From IMG/VR virus record IMGVR_UViG_3300037313_000201, positions 1 through 42,836 of that record: a stretch of 42,836 nucleotides of DNA; one strand, given 5' to 3'. The notes below the pieces were generated by a model, which saw only the letters and a list, made by a program, of their open reading frames with translations, was not told the DNA's origin and made no database searches. Position 1 is the first letter of the stretch, and the number at the start of each line of letters is the position of its first letter. Of the stretch, positions 16,751 to 25,668 are shown in pieces. The stretch comes from a virus (Duplodnaviria > Caudoviricetes). A program made the translations under genes and the position numbers.

Positions 16751-18934
16751 TTACTTACCGTACCGGACCATTTCAGCGCCTTCCGCTTCCACCGGCAGGT
16801 CCGTAATCCACGGTGGTAGCATACACATAAGCTGTACAAGATGGTCGCTACTGCCGAAGCCGTCGTCCGGCAACGTAATAACTTCGTCGTGTACTAGCCC
16901 AACAACCGGGTATCCGGCTTCGTCAACGTTCAAAGCCCCAATCGCGCACACGTCACGCGCCGTGCCCTGAACAATGTTTTCAACTAGCTTTCCGCCGTAA
17001 GTATCCTCACGGTAAGACTTGCCGCCCCACTCCGTACGGAAACTCAGCTTCTCGACTGTACGACCAAATCGTTCCCCAAGCCGAATTTTCGGTCGGTAGT
17101 AAGCAATATGGCGTCCGCTCGGCAGAGTGCAAATAAGCCAGTACCGTTCGGTGTCAAGCCGATGTACATGGAAAGTAACACCGGTACCGGTAAGCCCGAA
17201 CTGTTGCCCCTCATTAGCAGTGGCGAGTATTGCGGCTTTTTCCACGCGCGCCCATATGCCAGTTGTGTAGTCGGCAATCTCAGGGTGAGCGCCCCTGTAC
17301 TTTTTGACAATTTCATCGGCTTCCTCGCGTGAAATAATCAAGTCAATGTTATCACAGTACTCCACGAACGTGCGACCGCCGACGCCGAAGCCGCAACCTA
17401 GCTGCGCGGACTTGGCTTTCTGCCGGTGGCCTTCCCATTGTTTGAGTACTTTGGGCTTGCCGTTCTTGATTGTAATGCAATCCTCATACGATCCCATCAA
17501 CTGCGGATACATGTACTGCGCCGCGAACCGGGTGTACACGTCGTCACCGTTGCGAAACGCTTCCAGTACCCATAGGCACCGGGCGAGCCATACCAGCACG
17601 CGCGCTTCGATCTGCGCGTAGTCGCCTGACACAATCCGCGTGCCCTTGGGAGCCGCGATAAACCCCCTCATAGCCTTCGCCAGAGCGCCTAGGGGACGCG
17701 GGAAGCGCAGTCCGGCCTCAAACACCCATTCAGGGATCGCGGGCATTTCGTCGAGCGGCGGGCCGCCGTTATGGCCCACCATGCCGGGGTTGCTCCACCA
17801 CGGCCCTTCTAAGTACTCGAAGATCGCTTTCAGTACGGCCATATCAGGCCGGGTGAAATTCTGCGGCTGGATACGCTTGGCGCTCCACCGTAGCGTGTGC
17901 GCGCCGCCGTACAGCAGCAACCCGCGAGCGCGCCCGTCGCTATCCGTACAGCGCACCATGGCGTCTAGCTTCTTGATCGACGCTTTTGACGTTTCAAGCC
18001 GTATGCTGATTACGTCCTGCAAGTCGGCGGGCAAGTCGTCAAGCACCACGCGCTTTAGCGTCTTACTGCGCAAATCGCCTAGGTCGTCAATTTCCTCACG
18101 TTGTTTGATGTACTCAAGTATCTTATCGCGCTGTGTGGGGTTGACGCCTGTAATCTCGTTGAACCGGGCAGTATTGATTTGCGTGTAGTACTCCGAGAAC
18201 TGTATGGCGCGCTTTACAGATACGGTATCAATAGGCAGACCCCGCGTGTTAATGCGAAAGTCCAAATCCCACACCCGTTGCTCGAAATCAGGTAAGTCAG
18301 GTAATACCCTATCAATGCCATGCTCAGTAAGAACATCGTCAATGCAATAAGCCTTACCCTTCGCGTATAGTTCCGGCTGTTCATGTGGTTCATACCACAT
18401 TTCCTTGATTATGCCTAGTTTCTTCGCGCCCTTGTACTTACGCGGCTTGCAGAAGTTGTTTATGAACTCCTTGCCCGCTTCGTTCTTTAGGAAGTTCAGT
18501 TCAAGGTCACTTGCGGAGCCTTCAAGACTGGCGCGGATACCCCAATACCGCGACCGGGCGGCAGTACATGACCAATGCCGGGGCATGGGCCAGCCCCACT
18601 GACATACCAAAATCCAGAACGCAATCGCCTGTTCGAACCGCGCATTGTGTGCCACGAACTTGTCGCCGCGCTCGTGCGCCTCATGCCACCAATCGGGGCA
18701 GGGCGGCTTGTACGAGTTCAGCAGTAGGCTGTCCGGCTGTTGCGCCGGGAAGCGCGTTGCCGCGTAATCTGGATCGGCGAAGAAGTCGAGCAGCCCCGGC
18801 AGCATGTCTTTGCCGTCCGTGAAATGTGCGAGCATTAGGGGGCTTGTACTAAAATGTTGTGCGTAGGCGTCCCCGCCGATTTTCGGCAGGTCGGCCAGCG
18901 ACCGTGTTTCAAAGTCTAGGTGAGTTCGGTACAC
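16751..18934 (-). CDS. DNA polymerase family A with 3'-5' exonuclease
   Basis: Exo motifs LDFETRS, VAHNARFE, YCIDDV. Pol motifs A GDYAQIEARV, B RQKAK...LGCGFG, C VHDE. GTG start with SD GGGAAGG. Confidence 0.95.
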   Translation of the reverse strand: MYRTHLDFETRSLADLPKIGGDAYAQHFSTSPLMLAHFTDGKDMLPGLLDFFADPDYAATRFPAQQPDSLLLNSYKPPCPDWWHEAHERGDKFVAHNARFEQAIAFWILVCQWGWPMPRHWSCTAARSRYWGIRASLEGSASDLELNFLKNEAGKEFINNFCKPRKYKGAKKLGIIKEMWYEPHEQPELYAKGKAYCIDDVLTEHGIDRVLPDLPDFEQRVWDLDFRINTRGLPIDTVSVKRAIQFSEYYTQINTARFNEITGVNPTQRDKILEYIKQREEIDDLGDLRSKTLKRVVLDDLPADLQDVISIRLETSKASIKKLDAMVRCTDSDGRARGLLLYGGAHTLRWSAKRIQPQNFTRPDMAVLKAIFEYLEGPWWSNPGMVGHNGGPPLDEMPAIPEWVFEAGLRFPRPLGALAKAMRGFIAAPKGTRIVSGDYAQIEARVLVWLARCLWVLEAFRNGDDVYTRFAAQYMYPQLMGSYEDCITIKNGKPKVLKQWEGHRQKAKSAQLGCGFGVGGRTFVEYCDNIDLIISREEADEIVKKYRGAHPEIADYTTGIWARVEKAAILATANEGQQFGLTGTGVTFHVHRLDTERYWLICTLPSGRHIAYYRPKIRLGERFGRTVEKLSFRTEWGGKSYREDTYGGKLVENIVQGTARDVCAIGALNVDEAGYPVVGLVHDEVITLPDDGFGSSDHLVQLMCMLPPWITDLPVEAEGAEMVRYGK
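18214..18393 (-). CDS. Candidate overprinted 59-aa membrane protein inside the polymerase (+1 frame)
   Basis: SD AAGGAA 7 nt before ATG. MNHMNSRNYTRRVRLIALTMFLLSMALIGYYLTYLISSNGCGIWTFALTRGVCLLIPYL. Local T-ending codon skew in pol. Confidence 0.5.
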   Translation of the reverse strand: MNHMNSRNYTRRVRLIALTMFLLSMALIGYYLTYLISSNGCGIWTFALTRGVCLLIPYL

Positions 18935-18951
18935 GCCCGCTGGCCTTCCCG

Positions 18952-19173
18952 TCAGAACTTGCCGGTGTTCAGGAAGTTCGCCGCCGCCGCGCACGCATCC
19001 GCCGTATCGGTCGCCACAGCCTCGAAAGACTGCGCCACCTTGACCGTCTGCGTGGCCTCGATCACGTACCGGATATTCCCGGCTAGTGCGAAGCCGTTGC
19101 TCACCTGACGCACGTTCACGTCATAGTGCGGCACGGTGCCCGCGATTGCTTCCTGAAACGTTGCTTCGTCCAT
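18952..19173 (-). CDS. Hypothetical protein
   Basis: SD AGGA, high-GC codon usage. Confidence 0.6.
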   Translation of the reverse strand: MDEATFQEAIAGTVPHYDVNVRQVSNGFALAGNIRYVIEATQTVKVAQSFEAVATDTADACAAAANFLNTGKF

Positions 19174-19313
19174 TACTTGTTTTCCTTTCCTGCTGCGCCA
19201 AAGACATTGACATGACCGGTAAGCAGGCGCGTATGCCTACCGGTAATCTTTTCCCACACAAGCGCGCAAATGTCGCGCCAAGTTGGGATATACGGTGTTC
19301 TCATTCCTGTCAT
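19173..19313 (-). CDS. Small hypothetical protein (46 aa, MTGMRTPYIPTW...)
   Basis: SD AAGGGG. Fills the gap exactly with TAATG coupling. Confidence 0.45.
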   Translation of the reverse strand: MTGMRTPYIPTWRDICALVWEKITGRHTRLLTGHVNVFGAAGKENK

Positions 19314-19324
19314 GCTTGTACCCC

Positions 19325-20059
19325 TTAAAGCATAGACGGCAGGCCGCCGCCCAGTGCGCCGAAACCCGGAACCGCAGTGTTAACGGGCGTAGCGCCCGGT
19401 GGCGGTACGATACCGGCGAGTGCGTCGAACTGTGACTTGGCATCGGGACGACCGCCGCCACCGAGCCGTTCGCCGTCCCATGCTTTCTGCACGTTGTTCA
19501 GGCGCACGCTGATGTAGCGCTTGCCGCTGTACTCGGTGCCGAACATGATACCAGACGCGCGGGCGAAGGAACCACTGTACACGTCAACCGGGAGCAAATC
19601 CTCGCGGTTCGGGCCGATGATACCGGGCTGTCCGCCCTGCGGTATCCACTTGGTAGGATCGGCGGGGTTGCGTACCATCTTCGCCTTCGATTTGATCGAA
19701 AGGTACACATGGCCGCGCAGTTCTTCCTTACCCTTCGTATTGTGTTCGGGATTGTCGCCGTCGCGAAGGAAGGGCTGTACGTGAAAGAAGTTCGGATCGT
19801 ACGACCCTACGGGCCATTTCAGGTCGCGCGCCTGCGCCGCCAAAGTACGGAGCGGGATAAGCGACGTATCCAGTTCCGCCTTCGGCCACATAAGCGTAAC
19901 CTTGTAGTGCATAATCGGCGCACCCGTTTCCGGGTCGAACTTCGGCTTCGGCGGGTTGCCGTCCGTGTCCTGCTGCGGCTCCGCAAGGCTCTCGAATACC
20001 ACACGCCCGATAGGCGTAAGGAACTCGATGAACTTCGGCTCGTTACCAGTTCTACTCAT
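19325..20059 (-). CDS. ssDNA-binding protein (DUF2815 / T7 gp2.5-like)
   Basis: PFLRDGD, VYSG..AR, ISVRLNNVQK..DGERLGG. Sits between nuclease and polymerase. Confidence 0.85.
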   Translation of the reverse strand: MSRTGNEPKFIEFLTPIGRVVFESLAEPQQDTDGNPPKPKFDPETGAPIMHYKVTLMWPKAELDTSLIPLRTLAAQARDLKWPVGSYDPNFFHVQPFLRDGDNPEHNTKGKEELRGHVYLSIKSKAKMVRNPADPTKWIPQGGQPGIIGPNREDLLPVDVYSGSFARASGIMFGTEYSGKRYISVRLNNVQKAWDGERLGGGGRPDAKSQFDALAGIVPPPGATPVNTAVPGFGALGGGLPSML

Positions 20060-21240
20060 AGCAATACCGTTCCATTCTGCTGATTGCCGGGGCCTGTAAT
20101 TGCACCGAACTCACTACCCCGCTTGTGAGCCGGTCGCGCGTCTGTAGCCCGTTCGAGTGTCAGGCCACCTACGTTCTCTTTGACGTACTCGGAAACATGG
20201 TTTTCCCATACTTGCTTCCATGCGCCACGCGGTAGGTTGTTCGCGCGGCTCCACGCCTTAATCAAATCTTCCACGCCCTTAACGCTCAGTGGCGATTGCG
20301 TGTACATTTTGTGTTCCGGTACATTGAATACGTCCCGCAGTACGCCTCGTACCGGCGCGTATTCTCCGAACTCGCGATCCTTACGGCCTTTGACGCATTT
20401 GTACCCGCGCAAGTTGCGGTCCATCTGCATAATACGCACCATGGCCGCCTTGCGCAGTTCATCGCGAATGCCTTGCAGAATGTCCGCGTGATCCAAAGCC
20501 TGCGCTAGCTGTTCGTCGGTTAGTGCGTTCACGTCGGCGGGGAACCACGCATCGGCAGCTTCGCTCTGCGCGTACTCTAGGAACGTGGCACAGTTACCAC
20601 GGTGGGGGCAGTACGACTTTTTGCAGTGCTTACCCGCCACGAATATGCTTTCGTTGGCGATGCTCCACGCTATCTGCGCACACCACTCAGTAATGTCAGC
20701 TTCGGTAACGGTATATGTACGTATCGGGCCGTCAATATGTGACGCATTAGGCTGCAAGACGGTGATGTAATAAACAGACCTTGGACCGTACTTGGCGATT
20801 GCCCCAAGCAGGTAAGTAAGCATCTGTTTGTTCTTCTCCACGTCCACGACCACGTAGCCATTTTTGTAATCGGCAACATGTAGAACGGACGGCGATACAA
20901 ATGTAATATCGGCAGTTCCGAACTCACCGGTCTGTGGTATGTCATACGACTGCTCCGCGTACACCTTGCACTCGGGGCCGTAGAGCGCACGCTGCTGTGC
21001 AATCCACTCCATCACGTTTGCAAGGTTTTCGTTCAAGTCCTCGTCCTCTGTAACCGGCTCCATAACGCCGAAGAGGATAGCTGTTTCAAGCTGATCGTGT
21101 GCGTAATCACCCTTAGTACTGGCATCACTTTCGTCGTTGGGGTACAACTGTGCGGCCAGTGAAGAACCGGGACACGAACCCCAGCGTTCGGCAGCGCTCG
21201 GGGGCCGCCTCTTCGCATGTGCCTTAGCTGGAATGTTCAT
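20056..21240 (-). CDS. DUF2800 Cas4-like PD-(D/E)XK exonuclease
   Basis: PSAAERW..CPGS, G...H, FGTAD, ADYKNG, NKQM..Y.LG and HC...YCPHR..C. Confidence 0.88.
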   Translation of the reverse strand: MNIPAKAHAKRRPPSAAERWGSCPGSSLAAQLYPNDESDASTKGDYAHDQLETAILFGVMEPVTEDEDLNENLANVMEWIAQQRALYGPECKVYAEQSYDIPQTGEFGTADITFVSPSVLHVADYKNGYVVVDVEKNKQMLTYLLGAIAKYGPRSVYYITVLQPNASHIDGPIRTYTVTEADITEWCAQIAWSIANESIFVAGKHCKKSYCPHRGNCATFLEYAQSEAADAWFPADVNALTDEQLAQALDHADILQGIRDELRKAAMVRIMQMDRNLRGYKCVKGRKDREFGEYAPVRGVLRDVFNVPEHKMYTQSPLSVKGVEDLIKAWSRANNLPRGAWKQVWENHVSEYVKENVGGLTLERATDARPAHKRGSEFGAITGPGNQQNGTVLL

Positions 21241-21256
21241 GTCCCGGTCCTAACGC

Positions 21257-21583
21257 TTACTTGGCCTGTTCGGGGCCGTTGTCCGACTGCGGCAGATTGG
21301 TACGACGGCGCTCTGCCAACGCGTACCCTTCAAGCAGCCAGATTTTGTCGAACGCGTTGCGGTACGCGATGCTGTCGCCAATCTCGCGGTTGTAATTCGT
21401 AGGATCGACGCACGCGCTCTCGCCGGTTACGTTGAAGCCGTTGCGCAGCGTGAGTACGCAAATGGTAAGCACGCCATGGTACAGGTAATCGACGGCGACG
21501 ATTGCGGCTTCAAGGTCCGCTTTCGTGACACGTTCACCGGTACCTTGCTCAATAGCTTCGGCGGTCTGTTCTTCGTTCAACAT
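21257..21583 (-). CDS. N4 Gp49 / Sf6 Gp66 family protein (Acb4-like nucleotide sponge candidate)
   Basis: LTICVLTLRNGF.VTGESACVDP.NYN.EIG..IA..NAFDKIW.LEGY family signature. Confidence 0.85.
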   Translation of the reverse strand: MLNEEQTAEAIEQGTGERVTKADLEAAIVAVDYLYHGVLTICVLTLRNGFNVTGESACVDPTNYNREIGDSIAYRNAFDKIWLLEGYALAERRRTNLPQSDNGPEQAK

Positions 21584-21616
21584 AGTACTTGGTGTTCCCT
21601 TCTAGGGCTTGAGGAT

Positions 21617-21889
21617 TTAAAGGTGTTCTTGCGGCGTAAGCAAGTACTGCACCTTACGGCGCGCAATGTCCGTAAGATTTTCCGCATCGTCCGCCATGGT
21701 GTCGGGGATAGCGGTATTCGCTTCTTCGAACTGTGCTTTAGGGCACCAGCTTTCGTACCCATCGGGGTACACCACCATGTAGCCTTCGTCGCCGGGATGA
21801 TCCGGTACGTCGTGGCCTTTGGCATCGCGGAACTCGCCATGCGTCATAGGTGTGGCCTCGACCAGCTTGACGCCGATGTACTTGGGCAT
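21617..21889 (-). CDS. Conserved phage domain often fused to DUF2829/Gp49
   Basis: KYIGVK.VEA.PM...GY.VVYPDGYESWCPK..FEEA. Confidence 0.7.
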   Translation of the reverse strand: MPKYIGVKLVEATPMTHGEFRDAKGHDVPDHPGDEGYMVVYPDGYESWCPKAQFEEANTAIPDTMADDAENLTDIARRKVQYLLTPQEHL

Positions 21890-21929
21890 AATTGCACTCT
21901 TCTTTCTACGCGCGCACGCGCGAGGGGTT

Positions 21930-22370
21930 TTAGATGATCGAAGCCGGGGTAGCGGCGGGCTGCTGTTGCGCGGCAGCGGCAGCGGTGAACTGCTGGATTA
22001 CTTGCTGGAACCGGGCGTACAGTTCACCGTACTGGTGCGGCTGTGTTTCCGGCAGAGCATTGATCCCCATCGCGGCCATTTGCTGCTGTAGCGCGGCCTT
22101 GATGTTCGGATCGCCGATGTGCGGAGTAATCAGCGTCGTCAGCATGTCCGCCGTCGCCGGGGGATAGCCAACGGGCTGCTGAGCGCCGCCAAGCACGCCA
22201 AGCCCGCCAGCTTGCGCCTGAGGCTGTGCGAGCGTCTGAGGCTGGTGCATAGCCTGATTGGCCTGCTGCTGCTGTGCGAGCGGCTGAGCGGCCACAGCGG
22301 CGACGTTTGCCCCGCCGCCAGCCAGAAGCCGGTCTAGCTTCTCTTCGATGCGTTCGAGAATGCCTGTCAT
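21930..22370 (-). CDS. Q/A-rich hypothetical protein of the replication module
   Basis: SD AAGGAAAGG. Low-complexity middle and C-terminal helical domain. Confidence 0.65.
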   Translation of the reverse strand: MTGILERIEEKLDRLLAGGGANVAAVAAQPLAQQQQANQAMHQPQTLAQPQAQAGGLGVLGGAQQPVGYPPATADMLTTLITPHIGDPNIKAALQQQMAAMGINALPETQPHQYGELYARFQQVIQQFTAAAAAQQQPAATPASII

Positions 22371-22397
22371 TGACTTGTACCTTTCCTTGATTGACCG

Positions 22398-24626
22398 CTA
22401 CATGCGCGCCAGTTGGTACCCGTGCTTAGTACTTGTAATCTCACCTTGGAACTTCATTTCTGTTAGCGCCTTGGTGATACGGGCCTTACTGACATTCGGC
22501 AGGAGCGCGGCGAGTTCCTGCTGATTTACGAACGGGTGAGCGCCTAGGATCGCACGTATAGCTACCTTGGCGTCTTGACGCGCGGCTGTAAGCCAACCGC
22601 CCCGCTCAGCATCAAAAGTCATGTCCACTTCGTAATCATGCGGTACGTCGCGACCGCTTATGTACAGCTTGCGACTTTCGTTTTCGTCCTGTACACCACG
22701 TCTGCCTTTGATGGAGATTACACCATCGGAGCCGCCAGTATTACCAGCACTACCTGTCACGTCCTCTAGAAAGTCGGCGCTGTCGTTACCCGCCAAGCCT
22801 TTCTTTTCGTGCGTGACCGGAATTATAAGTACTTCCTTGCGGGCCGCCAGCTTGGTTATCGGCATCATCGCTTCATAGTCGCGAGCGTACACGTCACGGT
22901 TCGTACTGTGTCCCTTGAAATGGGCCAGTGTGTCGATCACTATCATCGAAGTGTTCGGGAACTGTTCTAGGTACTGCTCTAGCGCATCAACCCCGGCCTC
23001 ACCCTTGGGGAACATGGCGAGCGTTTCAGCGGCCTCTTGCGGATCGGAAACGTACAGCTTGCCCTGCGCGTTCTCCGACATACCACCGGTCCAATACCGA
23101 AAGTTTGACAGATCGGGCGGGCATACGTCGAACGTCTGCAACGTACGAATACGCTCGCGTATGCGGCGCTCGTTATCTTCTAATCCTAGGAACAGTACAT
23201 CGCCTTGTTCACAGTTCCATTCTAGGAACTTACTGCCTGTGGCAACCGCCATGCCTAGCTGTAGCGCCAGCCATGTCTTGCGCATCTTAGGGCGCGCGGC
23301 CAGAATAATGTTCCCGGTAGGTAACACGCCCGGTATGACGAACTTGGTGTTCTTGAACGTCATACGTTGCAGGTCGGCTAGTGAACGGATATTTTTGAAG
23401 TTGTATTTCGGGCGCGGGCTATCAATTCCCGGTAGCACGCCAGCTTGCACGCTATGTACACTCGGTTGTTCAATCGGCGTGAACTCTGTAACCGGCGCTT
23501 TGAGTACGTCCGCAAGGCGGATCGCGGCAGCTTCCTTGTCTCCATCGGTACAGAACTCCGCTATGACGCTTATGGGCGTGCGCCGCCCTTCCGTGGCGTC
23601 ACCTTGGTCCGCTACCGCGAAGTCCTTGATACCAAGCGGCCACGGGTGGATTGTAAGATCTTCCTCGAAGATACGTCCTAGGTCGTTACTGGCAATGCGG
23701 TATCCCTCTTTATAGGGGCGTGCGTCAGGAAAGAATACTGGTACCCATTCCGGTATTCGTCGCATGGCATGGTCATTGAGCATCTTGTACTTGCGTTCAT
23801 CCGCTGGATACTCCGTACTAGTCTTGCTTGCGAGCGTCCCGGTCGGTCGGTCCTGTGCCTGTAAGAGATTTTCATGTGCCGCAATAAACGCCTGTACTTG
23901 GGCCAGCTTGACCACGGAAAGATGATGCACATGCGCGAGAATTTTAGCTTTCCGGTGGGGCCTGTCCGGTACACTATCACCTTTCCGCGACCATGTACCG
24001 GGAACTCGCCAAATGCGCGCAGCATTAAAAACGGTAATATCGACTTTGACCGTTGCCGTACTGAACTTGGCGGAAAGGCACTTGAGGAACTTGTGGATCG
24101 CATCGCGTACTTCTTCCGTGTTCGGTTCGTTGATCGGGTACAGGATATGCGCGCCATTGCCGCTGTCATTGTACATGGGATCGCAAAAGCCGTACAGCAG
24201 GGACAGGTAGCCCATGATCTGTTGCGCCTTGGCGTGCGCCTCAGAGTGTTCCGCGTCGGTCGCGGATATGCCACTCGGGCGTACAGGGTCCACGTCTATC
24301 AGGAGCCAATGACGGCGCGTCACGTCGGGGTCCATGGACGTGACTTGCGCCCATGGCGTAATGCGGTTAGCGGAGCGCGCCAGTAGGTCCGGCTGTACCG
24401 GGTTAGGCGTCAGGTATATGCCTAGGTAGTCGCCTTCAAGGCCAGCTAGGGCGGTGGCGGCAGCGGCGGGGCTATTGAAGTACCCGGCGTCGGTACGCTT
24501 GCGGTTCTTGCCTAGCAGGCGGATTTCAAAGACGGACCCGGCCTGTACTATGGCCGCGATTGACGCCTCTAGTTCCTGATAGACATGTTGCGCCGACAAA
24601 TCAGGCCCCCGCCTGTACGATCCCAA
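22398..24626 (-). CDS. Primase-helicase (AEP-like N-terminus plus AAA_25/RepA-like helicase)
   Basis: IDVD, DSGNGAH, RIWRVPGT; Walker A ARPKMRKT, LFLGLED, IVIDTL. Start codon uncertain. Confidence 0.85.
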   Translation of the reverse strand: MGSYRRGPDLSAQHVYQELEASIAAIVQAGSVFEIRLLGKNRKRTDAGYFNSPAAAATALAGLEGDYLGIYLTPNPVQPDLLARSANRITPWAQVTSMDPDVTRRHWLLIDVDPVRPSGISATDAEHSEAHAKAQQIMGYLSLLYGFCDPMYNDSGNGAHILYPINEPNTEEVRDAIHKFLKCLSAKFSTATVKVDITVFNAARIWRVPGTWSRKGDSVPDRPHRKAKILAHVHHLSVVKLAQVQAFIAAHENLLQAQDRPTGTLASKTSTEYPADERKYKMLNDHAMRRIPEWVPVFFPDARPYKEGYRIASNDLGRIFEEDLTIHPWPLGIKDFAVADQGDATEGRRTPISVIAEFCTDGDKEAAAIRLADVLKAPVTEFTPIEQPSVHSVQAGVLPGIDSPRPKYNFKNIRSLADLQRMTFKNTKFVIPGVLPTGNIILAARPKMRKTWLALQLGMAVATGSKFLEWNCEQGDVLFLGLEDNERRIRERIRTLQTFDVCPPDLSNFRYWTGGMSENAQGKLYVSDPQEAAETLAMFPKGEAGVDALEQYLEQFPNTSMIVIDTLAHFKGHSTNRDVYARDYEAMMPITKLAARKEVLIIPVTHEKKGLAGNDSADFLEDVTGSAGNTGGSDGVISIKGRRGVQDENESRKLYISGRDVPHDYEVDMTFDAERGGWLTAARQDAKVAIRAILGAHPFVNQQELAALLPNVSKARITKALTEMKFQGEITSTKHGYQLARM

Positions 24627-24711
24627 ACCCCTCTACCTGTACCGGGAGCGCATGGTGTCACAGGCCCCTACAGCCTCGACCAGCGCCGGTATTCCGGCAG
24701 GCAGAACCTTC

Positions 24712-24767
24712 CCGTATGCCGGTGGCGGCGCTGCTGTCAACCGCTGATTAACGCTATCTGTGGATAA
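24712..24767 (-). promoter_or_regulatory. TTGACA promoter for the replication genes with upstream DnaA box
   Basis: Minus strand reads TTATCCACAG-17 nt-TTGACA. The -10 element is weak. Confidence 0.55.
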
Positions 24768-24782
24768 CTCCCCGGCCCAACG

Positions 24783-24817
24783 AAAAGCCCCGCCCGGTTA
24801 GGAGCCGAGCGGGGCTT
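24783..24817 (-). terminator. Intrinsic terminator after the 250-aa gene
   Basis: AAGCCCCGC/GCGGGGCTT stem with TTTT on the minus strand. Confidence 0.7.
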
Positions 24818-24915
24818 AGGGTTTGGATCGGCTCTCGCGGTGCCGTCTGTCCACATACGGAAGGGGCGGGAAGCCGTCAAGCCCCCGCCCCAACTTTTTA
24901 GTACTGCCGGGTCCG

Positions 24916-25668
24916 TTACAGGATCGAAGGCAGCGCGGCCTGCGCCTTGCTCTGCTTCACGCCGAGCATGATCTGCGCCGGTTCGATGTACCGCGTATCG
25001 CGCTGCTTTTCCAGAGCCTTACGGAGTTCGGCCTGCTCCGCCTCGGGCGCCGCAGCGACCTTGGCATCGATCTGCGCATTGAGGTACTTGATACCGTCGC
25101 CGCCGACTTCCTTGGTGGCGTCGGGGAAGCCGTACGGACGCGTGCCGCCCTTGCCGTTGTCCACGGTACGGCCCGCCGCCTTGTTGGCTTCGTACACGGC
25201 CCGCGTAACGACGTTGGTGACAGCCGCCACCAGCGGGTCTTTCGGCGCGCGGCTCTTGCCCTCGCCCTTCTTGCCCTGCTGGCGCAGTTCGCCCTTGAGC
25301 AAGTCGGCAATGGCCTCGCCGGCCTTTTCGAGCGGATTGAGCGCAGCCGGGGCCTCGCCAGTCGGGCGGTCGCCCTCGGGCTTGGGAACCGCCGTCTGCA
25401 ACGGATCGGCGGCCTGCGCGGCGTCGTACGCGGCCCATGCGAGATACGGCGCACGCGCGGCCCGGTTGCGGACCATGGCGACGTTCACGCGGTTGGTAAC
25501 GATCGTGCGCACCTGAGCCTTCAGGAGTTCCAGCCGGGCGTCCTGCGGGATCGCCGCCAGATCGATGCTGACGGTCTGGTTCTCGCCGCCTTCGGTCGTC
25601 GCGGTGTTGGCGACCTCGATTGCGAGGTTCAGGTCCGGCGCGGCTTCGGTGTTCGTCTGTTCGGTCAT
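24916..25668 (-). CDS. Probably highly expressed Ala/Lys-rich hypothetical protein ending LPSIL
   Basis: Strong C/G-ending codon bias, its own promoter, AAGGA SD sites and a downstream terminator. Confidence 0.75.
   Translation of the reverse strand: MTEQTNTEAAPDLNLAIEVANTATTEGGENQTVSIDLAAIPQDARLELLKAQVRTIVTNRVNVAMVRNRAARAPYLAWAAYDAAQAADPLQTAVPKPEGDRPTGEAPAALNPLEKAGEAIADLLKGELRQQGKKGEGKSRAPKDPLVAAVTNVVTRAVYEANKAAGRTVDNGKGGTRPYGFPDATKEVGGDGIKYLNAQIDAKVAAAPEAEQAELRKALEKQRDTRYIEPAQIMLGVKQSKAQAALPSIL

Noticed and set aside
20056-21240. Cas4-like nuclease as evidence of a CRISPR system
   Set aside because: DUF2800 is a standard member of this replication module. No repeat-spacer array or other cas genes are visible.
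21584-21619. Stop-codon readthrough fusing the two putative sponge genes
   Set aside because: There are two in-frame stops (TAA, TAG) and an independent SD for the downstream gene.
23270-23305. Non-canonical Walker A (ARPKMRKT) implying an inactive helicase
   Set aside because: The catalytic KT, LED and Walker B are intact, and AAA_25 P-loops are variable.
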